Shown piece by piece: positions 1 to 12,803 of a stretch of DNA of 64,000 nt. The DNA comes from Vitrella brassicaformis CCMP3155. Lineage: Eukaryota; Protista; Chromerida. The DNA is taken from positions 1-64,000 of the forward strand of contig CDMY01000289.1 in the NCBI GenBank assembly GCA_001179505.1, written 5' to 3'. The translations under genes were made by a program, and so were the position numbers. The notes beneath the pieces are model-generated. The model saw nothing but the letters and a program-made list of their open reading frames with translations. It searched no databases and had not been told where the DNA came from. How positions within the stretch are numbered: position 1 is the stretch's first letter; every line of letters begins with the position of its first letter.

Positions 1-284
1 GGTGTGCTGATGGGGCGGGGATTGATCCCTCCTCCCCTTGAGCCTGTTTGACTCTGCGTGCTGATGGGACTGTATTTGTATGAGTATCACGGACACACAG
101 ACGAGTGTTACGGTTAATGACAGTTTCCCCCCCCCATTTGAAATTGCTGCTGAGGGCCTCTGCTTTCGCTGCCCTTGCTCTCCTGTTGGGGCTGTGATTC
201 TGCGGCTGTGGCGATATCATTTTCTGATGGCGATGCCGGCGGCTGGTCGCTGATCTCCACCGAGACTTGCTTCTGGGTCGCCAT
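1..284 (-). CDS. 5' end of a hypothetical protein gene (runs off the window)
   Basis: ATG at 284 opens MATQKQVSVEISDQPPASPSENDIATAAESQPQQ...; head-to-head with the Lon gene, 128 bp apart. Confidence 0.5.
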
Positions 285-340
285 CGGGGAGGGAAGGGAG
301 AAAAAGGCGAGAACTTGAACGTTGGGGAAACGGCTGGGGC

Positions 341-347
341 GCGAGCT
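341..347 (+). promoter_or_regulatory. GCGAGCT motif in the divergent promoter of hypothetical/Lon
   Basis: GCGAGCT near the centre of the 284-412 spacer; the same motif recurs in other divergent spacers. Confidence 0.5.
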
Positions 348-411
348 TGGCCCCCAGCCCGGCACCGACAGCACTGGCAGCGAGTAGCGGGGTGAACTGC
401 GACAAGCAGCA

Positions 412-2438
412 ATGGAGGACGCTCTTCTCTCCGCCGCATCGATTCCATCGCCACTGCTGGTACCACAGCACAGAGACTCACACGCACTCACACGGAGACC
501 GCACGTGTGTGCCCGCTGCCACTCACATCAGCAGGTCATTCGCTGTGTGCTCATTCATTCAGATCTTCATTCACTCATCGCCGCTTTTCCCAAACACGCG
601 TGCCCGCCTCCCGCTATCGTCTGCCGCCTTCGAGGAGTTCCTGCAGCTCGTGGATTCCACCACTGCCGTCCGCATGGGCGTCTTCTGCAGGAAACACGCA
701 CAGCCCGACAAGGACACTCACAGGAAGGCCGACAAACCGACCATGGACTTCTACGCCATCGGCACCATCTGCCGAGTATTTCGGGCTGCAAGGTGATTTA
801 GTTGCCGAATGAATGTCCTTTCTCACAGCTGCATGTGTGTGATGGTGTGATGTGTGGGTCACACAGGGGCAGCGACGGCGCGTGTTTCCTCGAGGTGGAG
901 GGGCTGGCCCGGTGTGAGGCCACAGACGTGGTCGACAACGGCGGCCGGCACAAGACAGATCGGTTCAGATGGGCTTACGTGTCGCTGAGGCGGGACCAGC
1001 AGAAGGGCAACGGCGACAATGAAGCGCAGATCCAGGCCTTGCTGATGTCGGTCCAGAACCACCTGACCGACTTTATCCACTCGTCGGTGAACCGGGGAGA
1101 GAAGCCCACACCAGGGACAGACGAAGCCACGTCCAACAACAAGGCCGCATCGTCGCCAGCAATGTACAGACAGATTGGCTGCACACATATTTATGGCGTG
1201 CGTCATCCACGTGTGTGTGTGTATGTGTGTCTGAGTCGTTCAGGTATGGGAGCGCGTTGCAGGCCTACATCGACCGGCTGATGGCTTCGTCATCGTCGCT
1301 GTCTGACGGCGCACTCACCCGCGCCTCCGTGGTGTGCGACCTGGCCGCATCGCTCATGACACAGGCCAGCGTCGAGGAGAGGCAAAAGGTCAGTCAGTGA
1401 GGTGGAGTGGACGCCCATGCATGCATTAAGGCGTGTGTGTCCTATGTGGCCGTGTACACACCACAGGTGTTGGAGGCCCTTGATGTGGAGGACCGTCTGC
1501 GGCGTGTGCAGGCTCTTCTGCTCAAGGTACGCGGGCACCAAACCGGACGCATCACATCCAGGCGTGTTTGTATGGCCTGATGTCACACAGGTCATCGAGG
1601 CCCACAAACTGGCCGACAAAATCGACGGGAACGTGCAAAACAAGGCAGGCAGGGCGGCACACACACATTCCCGAAAGAGAGAGAGAGAGAGAGAGAGAGA
1701 CTTAAGAACTATGCCATCTCTGTGTGTATGGTTGCTGGATGATGCCTTGATGGCCGCAGTTGGCCCGTGAGGTCCGCGAGCAGCTCATCAGGCGCAAGAT
1801 GCAAGAGCTCCAGAAGGTTGGTGGCACACACAACTGGACGGACAAGGAATGAAGCAGTGCACACCGCGCGGCCATGTGTGTCCGCCTGGTGTCAGGAGCT
1901 GCGGTCCCTGCGTCAGTCCAGCTCTTCTCCCTCGTCGTCCCAGCCGACAGACAAAGACAAGGCCGCCAACAATAACCACAACAACACCTCGTGAGGGAGC
2001 ACCATCCATACGAGCATCTGGGTGCGTGTGTTGTGTGTGTGATGTCTGCGTGTGTGTCTGCGTGTGTCAGGGCCTCCGAAGAGGATGAGGACGATGTCGC
2101 ACGGCTGAGAAACGCCATCAGCAAAGCCGGTGCGCACGTGCATCCATATCTATAGCATGCACACAGAGAGGCGTACGTGTGTGTGTGTGTGTGTTGTGTG
2201 GTGTTTTCTGTATGTGTGCAGGCATGGAGGGGGAGGCCCTGAAGGCTGCCAAGAGAGAGGTAGGTGGGTGAATGCCTGCAGGAAGCGGCACACTACCGCC
2301 TCCAGTGTGTCGATTCATGTGTGGGGGCGATCGTTCCATTCATTCATCAGCTGCGGCGACTGGAGGCTCTGCAGCCCGCCCATCCAGAATATATGGTGCC
2401 TATAGGCTGCCGTCACCTACTCACTCACCCACCCACCA

Positions 2439-2469
<31 letters not shown>

Positions 2470-5290
2470 CTGCAGGTGTGCCGCACCTACTTGGAGACCC
2501 TCGTGTCGGTGCCCTGGACCAAACACAGCGAAGACTCACTCGACGTCCAACGCGCCAGGGAAATACTCGACGAGGTGAGCGTACTTATACTTATGTGGAG
2601 ATCTTCGTGTGTCGGTCATCCGTGTGTGTGTGTGACACGTGTGCAGGATCACTATGGTCTCGAGGAGGTCAAGAAGCGCATACTGCAGTTTTTGGCGGTC
2701 CGCCGGCTGCGCAACGACATGAAGGGCCCGATACTCTGCCTATCGGGCCCGCCTGGCGTCGGCAAGACATCTCTCGCGTCGTCGGTGGCACAGGCACTTG
2801 GTGAGGAGGCGGGTGATGCTTTGCTGATGCCGAGTCAGCTGCACATCTGTGTGCGGGCAGGTCGTGAGTTCCACCGGATTTCTTTGGGTGGTGTCCGCGA
2901 CGAGGCGGAGATCCGCGGCCATCGACGCACTTACATCGGTGCGCTGCCAGGGGTCATTGTGCAGGCCATGGTCCACACAGGTGTGAGGAATCCCGTGCTG
3001 CTGCTCGATGAAGGTGGGCTGGGAGGGTGTCTGTGTATGTCTTCAGATTCGCGTGCACCGATGTGTGCCGCGGTTCATATGCTCAGTTAACAAGTTGTCG
3101 TACGGCAACCCCCTGCACAATCCCTCCGCAGCCCTTCTCGAAGTGCTCGACCCCAAGCAGAACCACAAATTCACGGTAACCTAGAAGGCGTAAGCCACAT
3201 ACGACCAACCAACCATCGTGTGTGTGTGTGTCTGTGTGTCTGTGTCTGCAGGACCACTACCTCGGAGTTCCGTACGACCTCTCCAGGGTGTTCTTCATCT
3301 GCACGGCCAACACGCTCACCACCATGCCTCGAGCTCTCAGGGACCGACTGGAAGTCGTCCACATCTCGGGTAGGTACTCACACACACATGGATGGATGGA
3401 TGGATGGGCCAGCCAATGTGTGTGTTTCGGTCAGGCTACACGATGCATGAGAAGGAGCGGATTGCCGAGCGGCACCTCATTCCCAACAACCTGCACACAC
3501 ACGGGCTCACCGATGTGCGTATGCCACACACCGACCGACACACATACGGAGATAGAGATAGAGTCTCGTTGGTGTGTGTGCGTGTGTGTGCAGAAGGACG
3601 GCAAGGCCGCTTTGGAGATCAGCCCAGAGATCATCCAAGAGATCATCTGCAAGTGAGTAGTCAGCGAGCCAGAGAGGAAAGGGACCCATACACGCCTTTG
3701 TGTGCGGCAGGTACACGGCCGAGAGCGGCGTTCGTGAGCTTGATCGATGCATTGCCGCCATCTGCCGGTGAGCAAGGGACAGAACGCAAGACACACAACT
3801 GTCTTGTCCGTCCATGTGTGTGTCCGTCTGTGTGTCAGTTGGGCGGCTCTGAAGGCCACCGATGGCGACGCAGCTGCGGCATCTGAACCACCACCGCCAG
3901 CCGCAACAGCAGCACCGCAATCTGTCATCAGCGTGCAGAAGGAAGACCTGGTCGACATACTCGGCAACGAGAAATACTCGCTGGGTGAGCGGGCGAGTGT
4001 GTGTGGATGTGTGTGTGTGTGTGCCACTGCGTTTGCGTGTGTGTGTAGGCGTTGCCCACCGGCTGACCACTCCTGGCATTGCCATCGGTCTCGCCGTCAA
4101 CTCGACGGGCGGCGACATTCTCTTCATCGAGACCAGCAAAGTGCAGGTCGGTCGGTGAGGCCATCACTGAGCAGACCATTTGCCCCCCCCACACACACAA
4201 GCGTTATGTGTGTGTGTGTGTGTGTCCAATGTGTGCAGGGGAGCGGCGGTCTGATTGTGACGGGACAGCTGGGCGAGGTCATGCAGGAGTCCGTGCGAAC
4301 CGCACTCACCATCCTGCAGGCACGCAGCCACTCACTACCCAACTCACCCTCACTCCTACCCACACGCCAGCCGTGGTTGTGTTGGTCTCCGTCACAGGCC
4401 AAGGCGCTCAACAAGCCGCCAAGCGACGACGTGCAGGGCGACATAGGTAGGCACCACCACCACACACCCGTATACAGACACACGAGCAGCCACATCGCCG
4501 GCGTCACCCTTTTCCAACCCCCCACAGGCATGTTGCCGTCGGCCTTCTCTGACATCGACCTGCATGTGCACTTCCCAGCGGGCGCCGTCGCAAAGGTCCG
4601 CTGGACTGATGGACAGCACACGTGTCTGTGTCTGTCGGTCTGGTGTCTGTGTGTGCAGGACGGCCCGTCGGCAGGCCTCGCGACCACTATCGCCCTGGCG
4701 TCGCTCCTGACCGGACGGCTGGTCCGCAGCGACACGGCGTGGACGGGGGAAGTCACCCTCAGGTACACACACATCAAGTCACGGACGATGGAATGGGTGT
4801 AGGGTTTTCCCTTTTTCCTTGTGTGTGTCTTCAGAGGCCATGTCTTGCCTGTGGGCGGCATCAAGGTGAGTGAGTGAGTGAGTGAAGTGCACGTGCTTGC
4901 CAAGTAGATAAGACACATGATGTTGGCCGGCCATGTTCTGTGCAGGAGAAGGTCTTGGCGGCGCACCGTGCAGGCATCTGTCGTGTGGTCCTGCCCTCGG
5001 CAAACAAGCCGCAACTCAGAGACATCCCGAAGGTGACCAAACCACTCACACACCCCTCCCAACCGACCGCCAACACACTCCCGTGCTCTCTCGCCCCGTC
5101 CCTTGATTTGTGTCAGGACATATCTGAGTCGATGGAGTTTCCCCTAGTGACCTCTGTGGACGAAGCGCTGCAGATGGCCTTTGTGGACGACAGCGAGACG
5201 GGAGAGGGGACTGCTGATGAGGACAGCAGCAAGGGCAGGGCCGTCAACGATGTGCCGCTGGTGAGGGCCATCATCGCAGCTAAGCTGTGA
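412..5290 (+). CDS. LONP2: ATP-dependent Lon protease, peroxisomal type (multi-exon)
   Basis: Walker [62 protein letters not shown], catalytic KDGPSAG and GGIK|[10 protein letters not shown]; ends IIAAKL-stop (PTS1-type). Confidence 0.95.
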
Positions 5291-5589
5291 GTGAGGCAGA
5301 TCGGTGGATGGATGAGTGCTGGTGGGTGGGTGTTGGTGGGCCGAGTTGGGGTAGATGCGTGTGTGTGTTCGGTGGGGCAGGGAGGGGTGTGTGTTTGTGT
5401 GTGTACATATGGCATCGCGCAGAAAAGATTAGACATCACAACTGTAGTGTAGTGCAGTGCAGTCTTTGTAGCATTCCTTACTGTCCACCTCCACACACAT
5501 ACACACATACACACATCCAAACATAGCGCTGACACCCTGCGTGAGAGAGAGAGAGATAAGCAGAGGCTGTCGGTCGTCTGCTGGGATAG

Positions 5590-5900
5590 CTATCCATTTG
5601 ACCACCCGGCCATATGACCCATTGTACTCACTGCAGTGTACATGTCTGATGAGTTTTGCACAGACGGATAGAGGGACACCACAGGCATCTCAATGTCCTC
5701 CTCCTTGAGTGAACATGCGATCAATATGGAGGCCTCACTCAATGAGCTTGTTCGCCCCCCCCCCCCGTCGCTCGCTGTCATTAAATCTATGTGACACAGC
5801 ACAGCACAGACACATTTCGTGTCTCCCCGTCTCTGTCTGCCTGTCTGTCTGTCTGCTGCTGGCAAAGGAGGGGGTCAAGTCAAAGGTAGACGCCAAAGCA
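5590..5900 (-). other. Possible short spliced ORF remnant, function unknown
   Basis: Exon-like blocks separated by (TCTG)n/(TG)n intron-like tracts; no recognisable domain. Confidence 0.2.
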
Positions 5901-6295
5901 GCAATCAAGTAATGCACGGATGAACGCGTGAACCGCACTCAGCTATGTAGCTGGTCCGTCAAAGGCAACGAGACATCACTCTTGAGCAAAACCAGCCAAC
6001 CGATATAAAGTGCAGGCAGCGATGATGCTTTTCTATCGCTGGCAACCCTCCCCATGCAGCCAAACGACCCACACACCCGCACACCCATGCAGGCAGTCTG
6101 TCAATCCACTCCACCACGCCTTAAGCCAGGCCACCCACCCATGTTCGGACGCCTGACAGACTGACTAGACAGACACACAGACAGATAGACAGACAGACAG
6201 ACACACACACAGACAGACAGACAGACAGGCAGACAGGCAGCCCTCTCCCCCCTCTCCCCCTTTGCTATCGCTGCGCCCCGGCTACCCTCGGCCCG

Positions 6296-6700
6296 TCATT
6301 CGTGTGGCATCGCAGATGTGGTCAAGTCGCCAGCAGCTACGATGTATGTATAATTCTGGATGTCCCAAACGACGCCTTGTATGATGGAAGTCGCGTTCTG
6401 CAGCCCGACTGTGATGTTGTGGAGTGCCATCGTCGCGTTCGTTCCGTTGTTGAATGCTGCTGCTGTGATGTTGTGCAGAGTTCCTGTGTAATCAACGAAA
6501 ACCGATGCCGCCACTCGGACAGTGTTTGGCGACTCGGTCGCTGTTCTGATCCGCCCTGACAGCACAAGGAAGCCCTCCGCCGGCAGGGGTCGAGCAGCCA
6601 CAACGTCACATGTGGCACCAGCCTGCCATCGCTTGCCCGCCGCCTCCTGTTTCGTGTGTTGGTGGGCGACGCGGGCTCGAGCTTGCCATGTCTTCCTCAA
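6296..6700 (-). CDS. Hypothetical ORF with six N-glycosylation sequons in ~45 aa
   Basis: LHNITAAAFNNGTNATMALHNITVGLQNATSIIQGVVWDIQNYT contains NIT, NGT, NAT, NIT, NAT, NYT. Confidence 0.3.
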   Translation of the reverse strand: MRKTWQARARVAHQHTKQEAAGKRWQAGATCDVVAARPLPAEGFLVLSGRIRTATESPNTVRVAASVFVDYTGTLHNITAAAFNNGTNATMALHNITVGLQNATSIIQGVVWDIQNYTYIVAAGDLTTSAMPHE

Positions 6701-7317
6701 TATAAAATGTAGGCACCGATCGATGGACGATGACCTAATACCAGAGACACATGCGGTGATTTGCTACTCAGCTTCAGATCAGACACTTACTATAAGGAGC
6801 ATGGCACTTTCCGTCGCCCCGCCTCCCTCTCCTCGTGGTCCCCCTCTCACGGTGATGTCGTCCTTTTTGCCCCCCCTGCCGTCGAAAAAGTCGGGGTCGT
6901 CGGCGATGTGGATGGTGCAGTCGAGGCTGGTGTTGTATGCCAGCTCACCAATCCCCCTGGCCAGCTTGGCCGCCGTCATACACCACATGCCGTCCGCCAG
7001 GTCAACGACGCCTTCGATGAGGATGCTGTCGGAGACACCGTCGGCGGCCGCGATGATGACTCGACAGGCACCCTCAGGCACTAAGGGTGGCAGTCCAGAA
7101 GGGGGGCTTGTTGGCGGGGAGCGACCTCAGTCTTCTTGGCAGCGGATCCACGCTGTACTGGCGCCCGTCGCTGGTCTTGACCCGCCACCCTGCCGCGTTT
7201 GTCCACAGCTTGCTCAGCTGGAAGGGGCAGTTCAGTGGCGGGGACCTTCATGAGCTGGCCCTCGATGGTCCCCTCGAGGCCGTCAGGGCGGATCACAACA
7301 GCCACCGAGTCGCCAAA
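6525..7317. repeat. 36-bp inverted repeat, 34/36 identity (6525-6560 / 7282-7317)
   Basis: tttggcgactcggtcgctgttctgatccgccctgac is the reverse complement of gtcagggcggatcacaacagccaccgagtcgccaaa with 2 mismatches; both encode FGDSVAV(L/V)IRPD. Confidence 0.85.
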
Positions 7318-7763
7318 AGTGGCCTGCTTGGCGAAGACTTCACCGTCCTCCTCCACCAAGGCGACGGTGGTTGCCGTTGTGGAGCCCTTCGGGCCGTGCA
7401 CGCCGCCAGCATCACCGCCCTCGCTTTGGTGTGGCGGCCGCTGCTCTCGTCCGCTGATCGGTCCTCGCGCCGGGACATCAGATAGCGGGCGATGTCCCAT
7501 TCAGGCAAGTCCTCCTTGAGCGTGATGGTGTTGACGTTCATGAAGAACGCTTGATGTCTGTTCTTGGGGAGCAACGCAGACGATTCATCTTGGTTTGACG
7601 AAGCGATTTCGTCATTCGAAGCTTGAGGCGAGAAAAACTCCGTCTCATGTGTCTCCAGCTCGCGTCGAGACTTCTCGACCGGCAAACGGCAAAAGGACCG
7701 CATGCACAGCGTACAGGTCGTCGCTGCGCGCACCGCGATCTCCGCTGCCTCTTTCACAAACAA
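6779..7763 (-). pseudogene. Intronless, frameshifted PP2C (PTC7-like) phosphatase
   Basis: PP2C motifs in order over three frames: GSTTATTVAL...TFGDSVAVVIRPD, VIIAAADGVSDSI, GGKKDDITV; frame changes near 7395 and 7081 with no intron signature. Confidence 0.7.
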
Positions 7764-7780
7764 ATCCTCACGTCTAAATT

Positions 7781-9100
7781 ATGAAGCTTACGAGCGCCGT
7801 GTCGATTGCCTCCCTCCTGCTGCTGTCGGCCTGCTCCTCACACACGGCTGCTGGTGCGGCCCCTGCAGTCGATGAGCGTCGGACAGCAGATGATGGTGGC
7901 GGCCCTATCGATGCCCTCAAGCAACAGGTGACGCAGACAGACAGACACGCAGACTGACGGACAGACAGACAGACAGACCAATTGCAACGTGCACGGAAGG
8001 CGTATGTGTGTGGCGTGGCGCTCTACTTGGCAGTTTGAGGAGTTCCTAGCGGTTCTGGAGGTGCCACAGCAAGACACCGCTGCTGCTGATGGTACTCAAA
8101 CAGATGCAATGCGGACCCGCCGGCCGATATGCGTGTGTGCGTGTGTGCAGGCGAGGACAGAGAGCAAGACGAGAGGAAGAGGGCCGCCAAGCTGACCATC
8201 GACAAGGTGCGCAAGGCGGTCAGCAAACTCAAGAAGGGCCGCCTCGCCAAGACCGCCAAGGCCACTAGCGAGCAGAGCCCGTACAGCCCCGAATTCATCG
8301 CCGGTGTTGACGCGTTTGTGGCCGAAGTCAACTCCAGCATCGCCGCATTTCAGGCGGCATTCGGCACTGAGATCGGCGATGAGATATCGGTGCTGCTGGT
8401 GAGCATCGAGGAGGACTTGGAGGCCATCGAGGTGGTGGCTCAGACGGGGGGCGTTGACGTCGTCGTGAGGGGCATTGGCGACCTCGACGCCATCGATGTT
8501 GAGGCTCAGGCTGACCTTGAGGCTCAGGCTGACCGACCTGACGCCATTTCAGCCGCGGCTGCCGCAACGGGGGCTCGTCGGGAGCTCCTTGGCGAGTTCG
8601 AATCCCGTGGCGGTGCGACACTGAGCGCGAGCATGGCCGCGCCGAGCCGTCGGGGGAACTCGGGCGGGTGTGGCNNNNNNNNNNNNNNNNNNNNNNNNNN
8701 NNNNNNNNNNNNNNNNNNNNNNNNNNNNNNNNNNNNNNNNNNNNNNNNNNNNNNNNNNNNNNNNNNNNNNNNNNNNNNNNNNNNNNNNNNNNNNNNNNNN
8801 NNNNNNNNNNNNNNNNNNNNNNNNNNNNNNNNNNNNNNNNNNNNNNNNNNNNNNNNNNNNNNNNNNNNNNNNNNNNNNNNNNNNNNNNNNNNNNNNNNNN
8901 NNNNNNNNNNNNNNNNNNNNNNNNNNNNNNNNNNNNNNNNNNNNNNNNNNNNNNNNNNNNNNNNNNNNNNNNNNGGGGAGCTGGAGGGAGAGGGGGCGGC
9001 GGAGGTGGCGGGGGAGGGGGAGGGGGCAGGGCGGGTGATGACGGGTGGGAATAGGGGTAGGGTGGGCCGTCCGCTTCAGAAGCCGTCTGGCTCATGGGAT
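7781..9100 (+). CDS. Secreted hypothetical protein (signal peptide); 3' end obscured by a gap
   Basis: MKLTSAVSIASLLLLSACSSHTAAG signal-like N-terminus; GT-AG introns near 7928-8032 and 8092-8150; exons join in frame; G-rich sequence after the gap. Confidence 0.6.
8675..8974. other. Assembly gap (300 N)
   Basis: Run of exactly 300 N. Confidence 0.99.
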
Positions 9101-9955
9101 CCTGCATACGCATGGGAAATGAGGCAGAGGGAGAGATGGAGAGGCGACGGATGGATGGATGGATGGATGCGTGACCACAGGGGGAGGGTTGGGGAGGGGC
9201 CATCAAGGCTGAGTCGGTCGTCGTGCAAAGACACGGAAGGGAGGACAGATGCCCATCTCAGCTCGTGGTGGCGGTGATGGTCTGTCTGCACATGTGTTTG
9301 TGTCGGTTCATTAGGTCCCCATTTGTATTTCTGTGGTGTCTCAATATGTATGAGCGTCTCGCTGTTGGCCGGCTGTCTGTATGCCTATTTATTTGTGTTC
9401 GCACATTTTGGTGCGATTCGTCTCTGTGTGCTTCGGCTCCGCTTATTTGTGTCTTCGTTGACCGAGACAGGGAGGGAGGGAGGGAGGGAGAGTGCTCAGC
9501 CGTAGCCATGACTCTTATTATCACTCTGTGTCATTAGTCTAATGAATCGAGTACATCAGTGCTGTGTGACCAAAGTTGTATCGATTTCTTCGGAGGCTAT
9601 GCCACACACCTAATATACTCTGTGTGTCCCGAGTGTGGGTGGCTGCCCGTGTGTGGTGTGTGCCTGATGTGACGGCGTCCTTAATTGCTGTCGCCTGAGT
9701 CGATGACAGATACAGACACACATCGATCGTGAAGGAAGCCGAGCCGCATGGAGCGAATTAATCACTTATTCATTCATTCTCTGTACGTTGTGCTGTCTGT
9801 GTCTCTTATTCATACAAACCCCCACTTTGTAGCCATACCACACCATACATACCATGGACCCCCTACCCTGCCCCCCGCCCCCAAAAATCACTCACTCCCC
9901 TGCTCCAAACTTACACGCTTCCATTATCCACCCACCCATCCATCCATCGAATGAA

Positions 9956-12768
9956 TCACCTCCTGCCGCCCCCGCCCCCACCAGCATACGACGACCGCCA
10001 TGGCGGTCCACCCCCTCTGCCACCCCTCTCCCTCTCTCGATCTCGATCTCGTTCGTCGTATGGGTCATATCTGGGCCGCCCTCGGTCGTGGCGTGAAGGG
10101 CCGTAGTCGCGGCTGTCTCGGGAGTACGACCGGTCATCATACCCTCGGCCTCGCTCGCGGTCATACTGCACATACACACACATGGCGAATGGTGATGGTG
10201 ACGGGAGGGGGAGATTGAGGGAGGAAGGGGGCCTCTTACCGATGGTGGTCTGTAAGGTGGTGGGCCGCCTTGTGGGGGCACGTTGAAGCCCGCAAACATG
10301 CCTGGCTGCTGCTGTCCGCCGAACAAAGGAGGCCCCATGCCGGGCTGCCCGTACAGACGATCATGCGTGCTGCCGCCGCCCACTGTTACACACACACAGA
10401 GAGAGATACACAGACAGATGTCGGCGTATCGGTGGGTGGTGGGCGATTACTCTGCATGGTCTGCCAGGGGTGTTGTGTAGGCACAGGTGGTCGCATGAGC
10501 GGCGGGCCACCACCGCCCATCATATCCATGCCCATGCCGCCAGGGACCATCATCGGCGGCCCGCGAACGGGGAACATTGGAAGGCACCCTGCAGACAGAC
10601 AGACATACACGCAGCGCACAGACACACGGACATCCCACATGTGTATATGGCGTGTCCTCTTCCCTCCCACCACACACACACACACACACACGCACCGTAG
10701 TAGTGGCCAGGGTCGGTCTGCCTCCTGTCCGGCCCGTTCTGGTAGCCTCTCCGCCCCTCATATGACCGGTCGCGGTCACCATATCCCCGGCCGCCTCGGT
10801 CGCCGCGGTTGAAGCTGCCCCGATGATCTCGATCGTATGACTGGCGGCCGAGTCCGAGGGTGTTGCGGATCATGCGCTTGGCCACCTCTCCTTGGAAGCC
10901 CTTCATGCGGCTCTCATCCTGCACACACATGGACAGAGGGAATGAGAGAGAGAGAATGGATGGATGGATGGATGGATGGATCATGTGTGTGTGTGGGGTG
11001 GGAGGGAGGGGGGCGACGTACATCCATCTCTTGCTCCTCGACGATGGACGGTTCTGGGTCTGCGGACGGCAGGAGGCGACAGAGATGCCGCGGTGGGGAG
11101 GGGAGGCAGAGGTAGATGGCCGACGCACACTCGGACACCAAGTCGGGCTCACCCTCTGCACCATACCAAGGGAGCAGCGGACACACACGTCACATGGCTG
11201 TGTCTCTGATGTGTGTGTGCCGGAGTGTCCCTGTGTTCTGCGCTTGCCAATGGGGGACTTGAACGGCTGCGATGGCAATGCAGCTGTTGGGTGGCGCGTC
11301 ACGCGACCACCGAGGCCGTCACTCAAAGACAGCTGAGTGACCACACACAGCGCCCGAGACACACATGAGTGCCGTTCGAGGGATGGATGACCCACACACG
11401 ACACGACCGCTTCCGCTCACCGTGATGTTTTCGACGATCTTCTCAGGGTCCTCTGCAAGGTTCACGCCACGCAGCTGATGACAACAGACGACACACATCC
11501 ACACAATCCGCCACATGCCGGCCAACCCCACACCCCCATCTCACTCTGCTCAGTACCTGTGTGGCGAGTGCGTGTTGACAGTGGACGAAGATGTATTCCT
11601 TGCCGGGGGCGTTCCGCTGCCTCTCGATGTCCGTCAGCTGGCCGTGGAGTGGGGCGAGGGAGGCCAGCAGCCGCGCCTCGTCGATAAAGGGCAGCATGGC
11701 CACCCACTGCCAGCGAAACCTGATGGATGGATGGATGGATTCATGTGTGTGTGTGTGCGTATGTATGTATGTATGTGTGGGTGGGAGGGAGGGAGGGAGG
11801 AGCGGTTGGAACCTACCTTTTGCCGTCGGGGTCTTCCTTGAACTTGGTGGGGTAGAAGTCGATGAGGGGCGAGGAGGGCTCACGCATCAGACGGGTGTAG
11901 CACCTGATTGATGGATGTAGTGATGGGCATATCCTTTTGTGTGTGTGTGTGTGTGTGTGTTGCGATGCACCACCTACTCGGGTAGGCAGTGGCCGGACTT
12001 GGCCGGCAGGACGGCCATCAGCTGCTGGAAGGGCGAGAAGGGCTCACCCAACGAATCAGCTGCGAATGCACTCTGACGACACACACAACACACGCATCGA
12101 AAACGCATTCACAACACTCGCCCTCTCCCTCTCCCTCTCGCTCTCATTGTGTGTGTGAGCGTGCCTTGATTTCGTTCGGCCACTGGTCGAGCTTGGCGAG
12201 GTCGCTTGCGAAGGGTGCGTAGTGGAAGGGGAAGAACCACCGCCAGCTGGAGCAGCCCTGGTAGTAGTACTTCATGACCCACACCAGCCCTTGAGCGTAC
12301 TTCTGACACACACGCGTGGCGAACTCCTCCAGATCTGCACCACACACACACACACAGGGAGGGAGAGGGAGGGAGGGAGGGTGGGTGGAGCACCCAGACA
12401 GACCACATGGCCGGCCCGTGGGCATAGCATACCGTCTTCCTCTTCGATGTGGAATTTCCGGCGGTAGTATCGCTCGCGATAGTCCTCCTTGCGACCCACA
12501 CCAAGCTGCACCGGGTCATCCTACACACACACACGGAGAAAGAGGGAGGGAGAGAATCGTGTGTGTTGGGTGGGCAGATAGATGGCTGGCCGGGACATCT
12601 ACCGACCGGTTCGGCCACTTCGTTGTTGGCTTTGATCTGCTCCTTGAGTGTCTGCTTGAACTCGTCATAATCGACCTGAAGCTTCGGCTTGTCATAATCC
12701 ACCTTGCGCTTCCCCTGACACACAACACAACCAACAAATCAACCAACGGTGTGCGTGGTGTGGATGCC

Positions 12769-12803
<35 letters not shown>

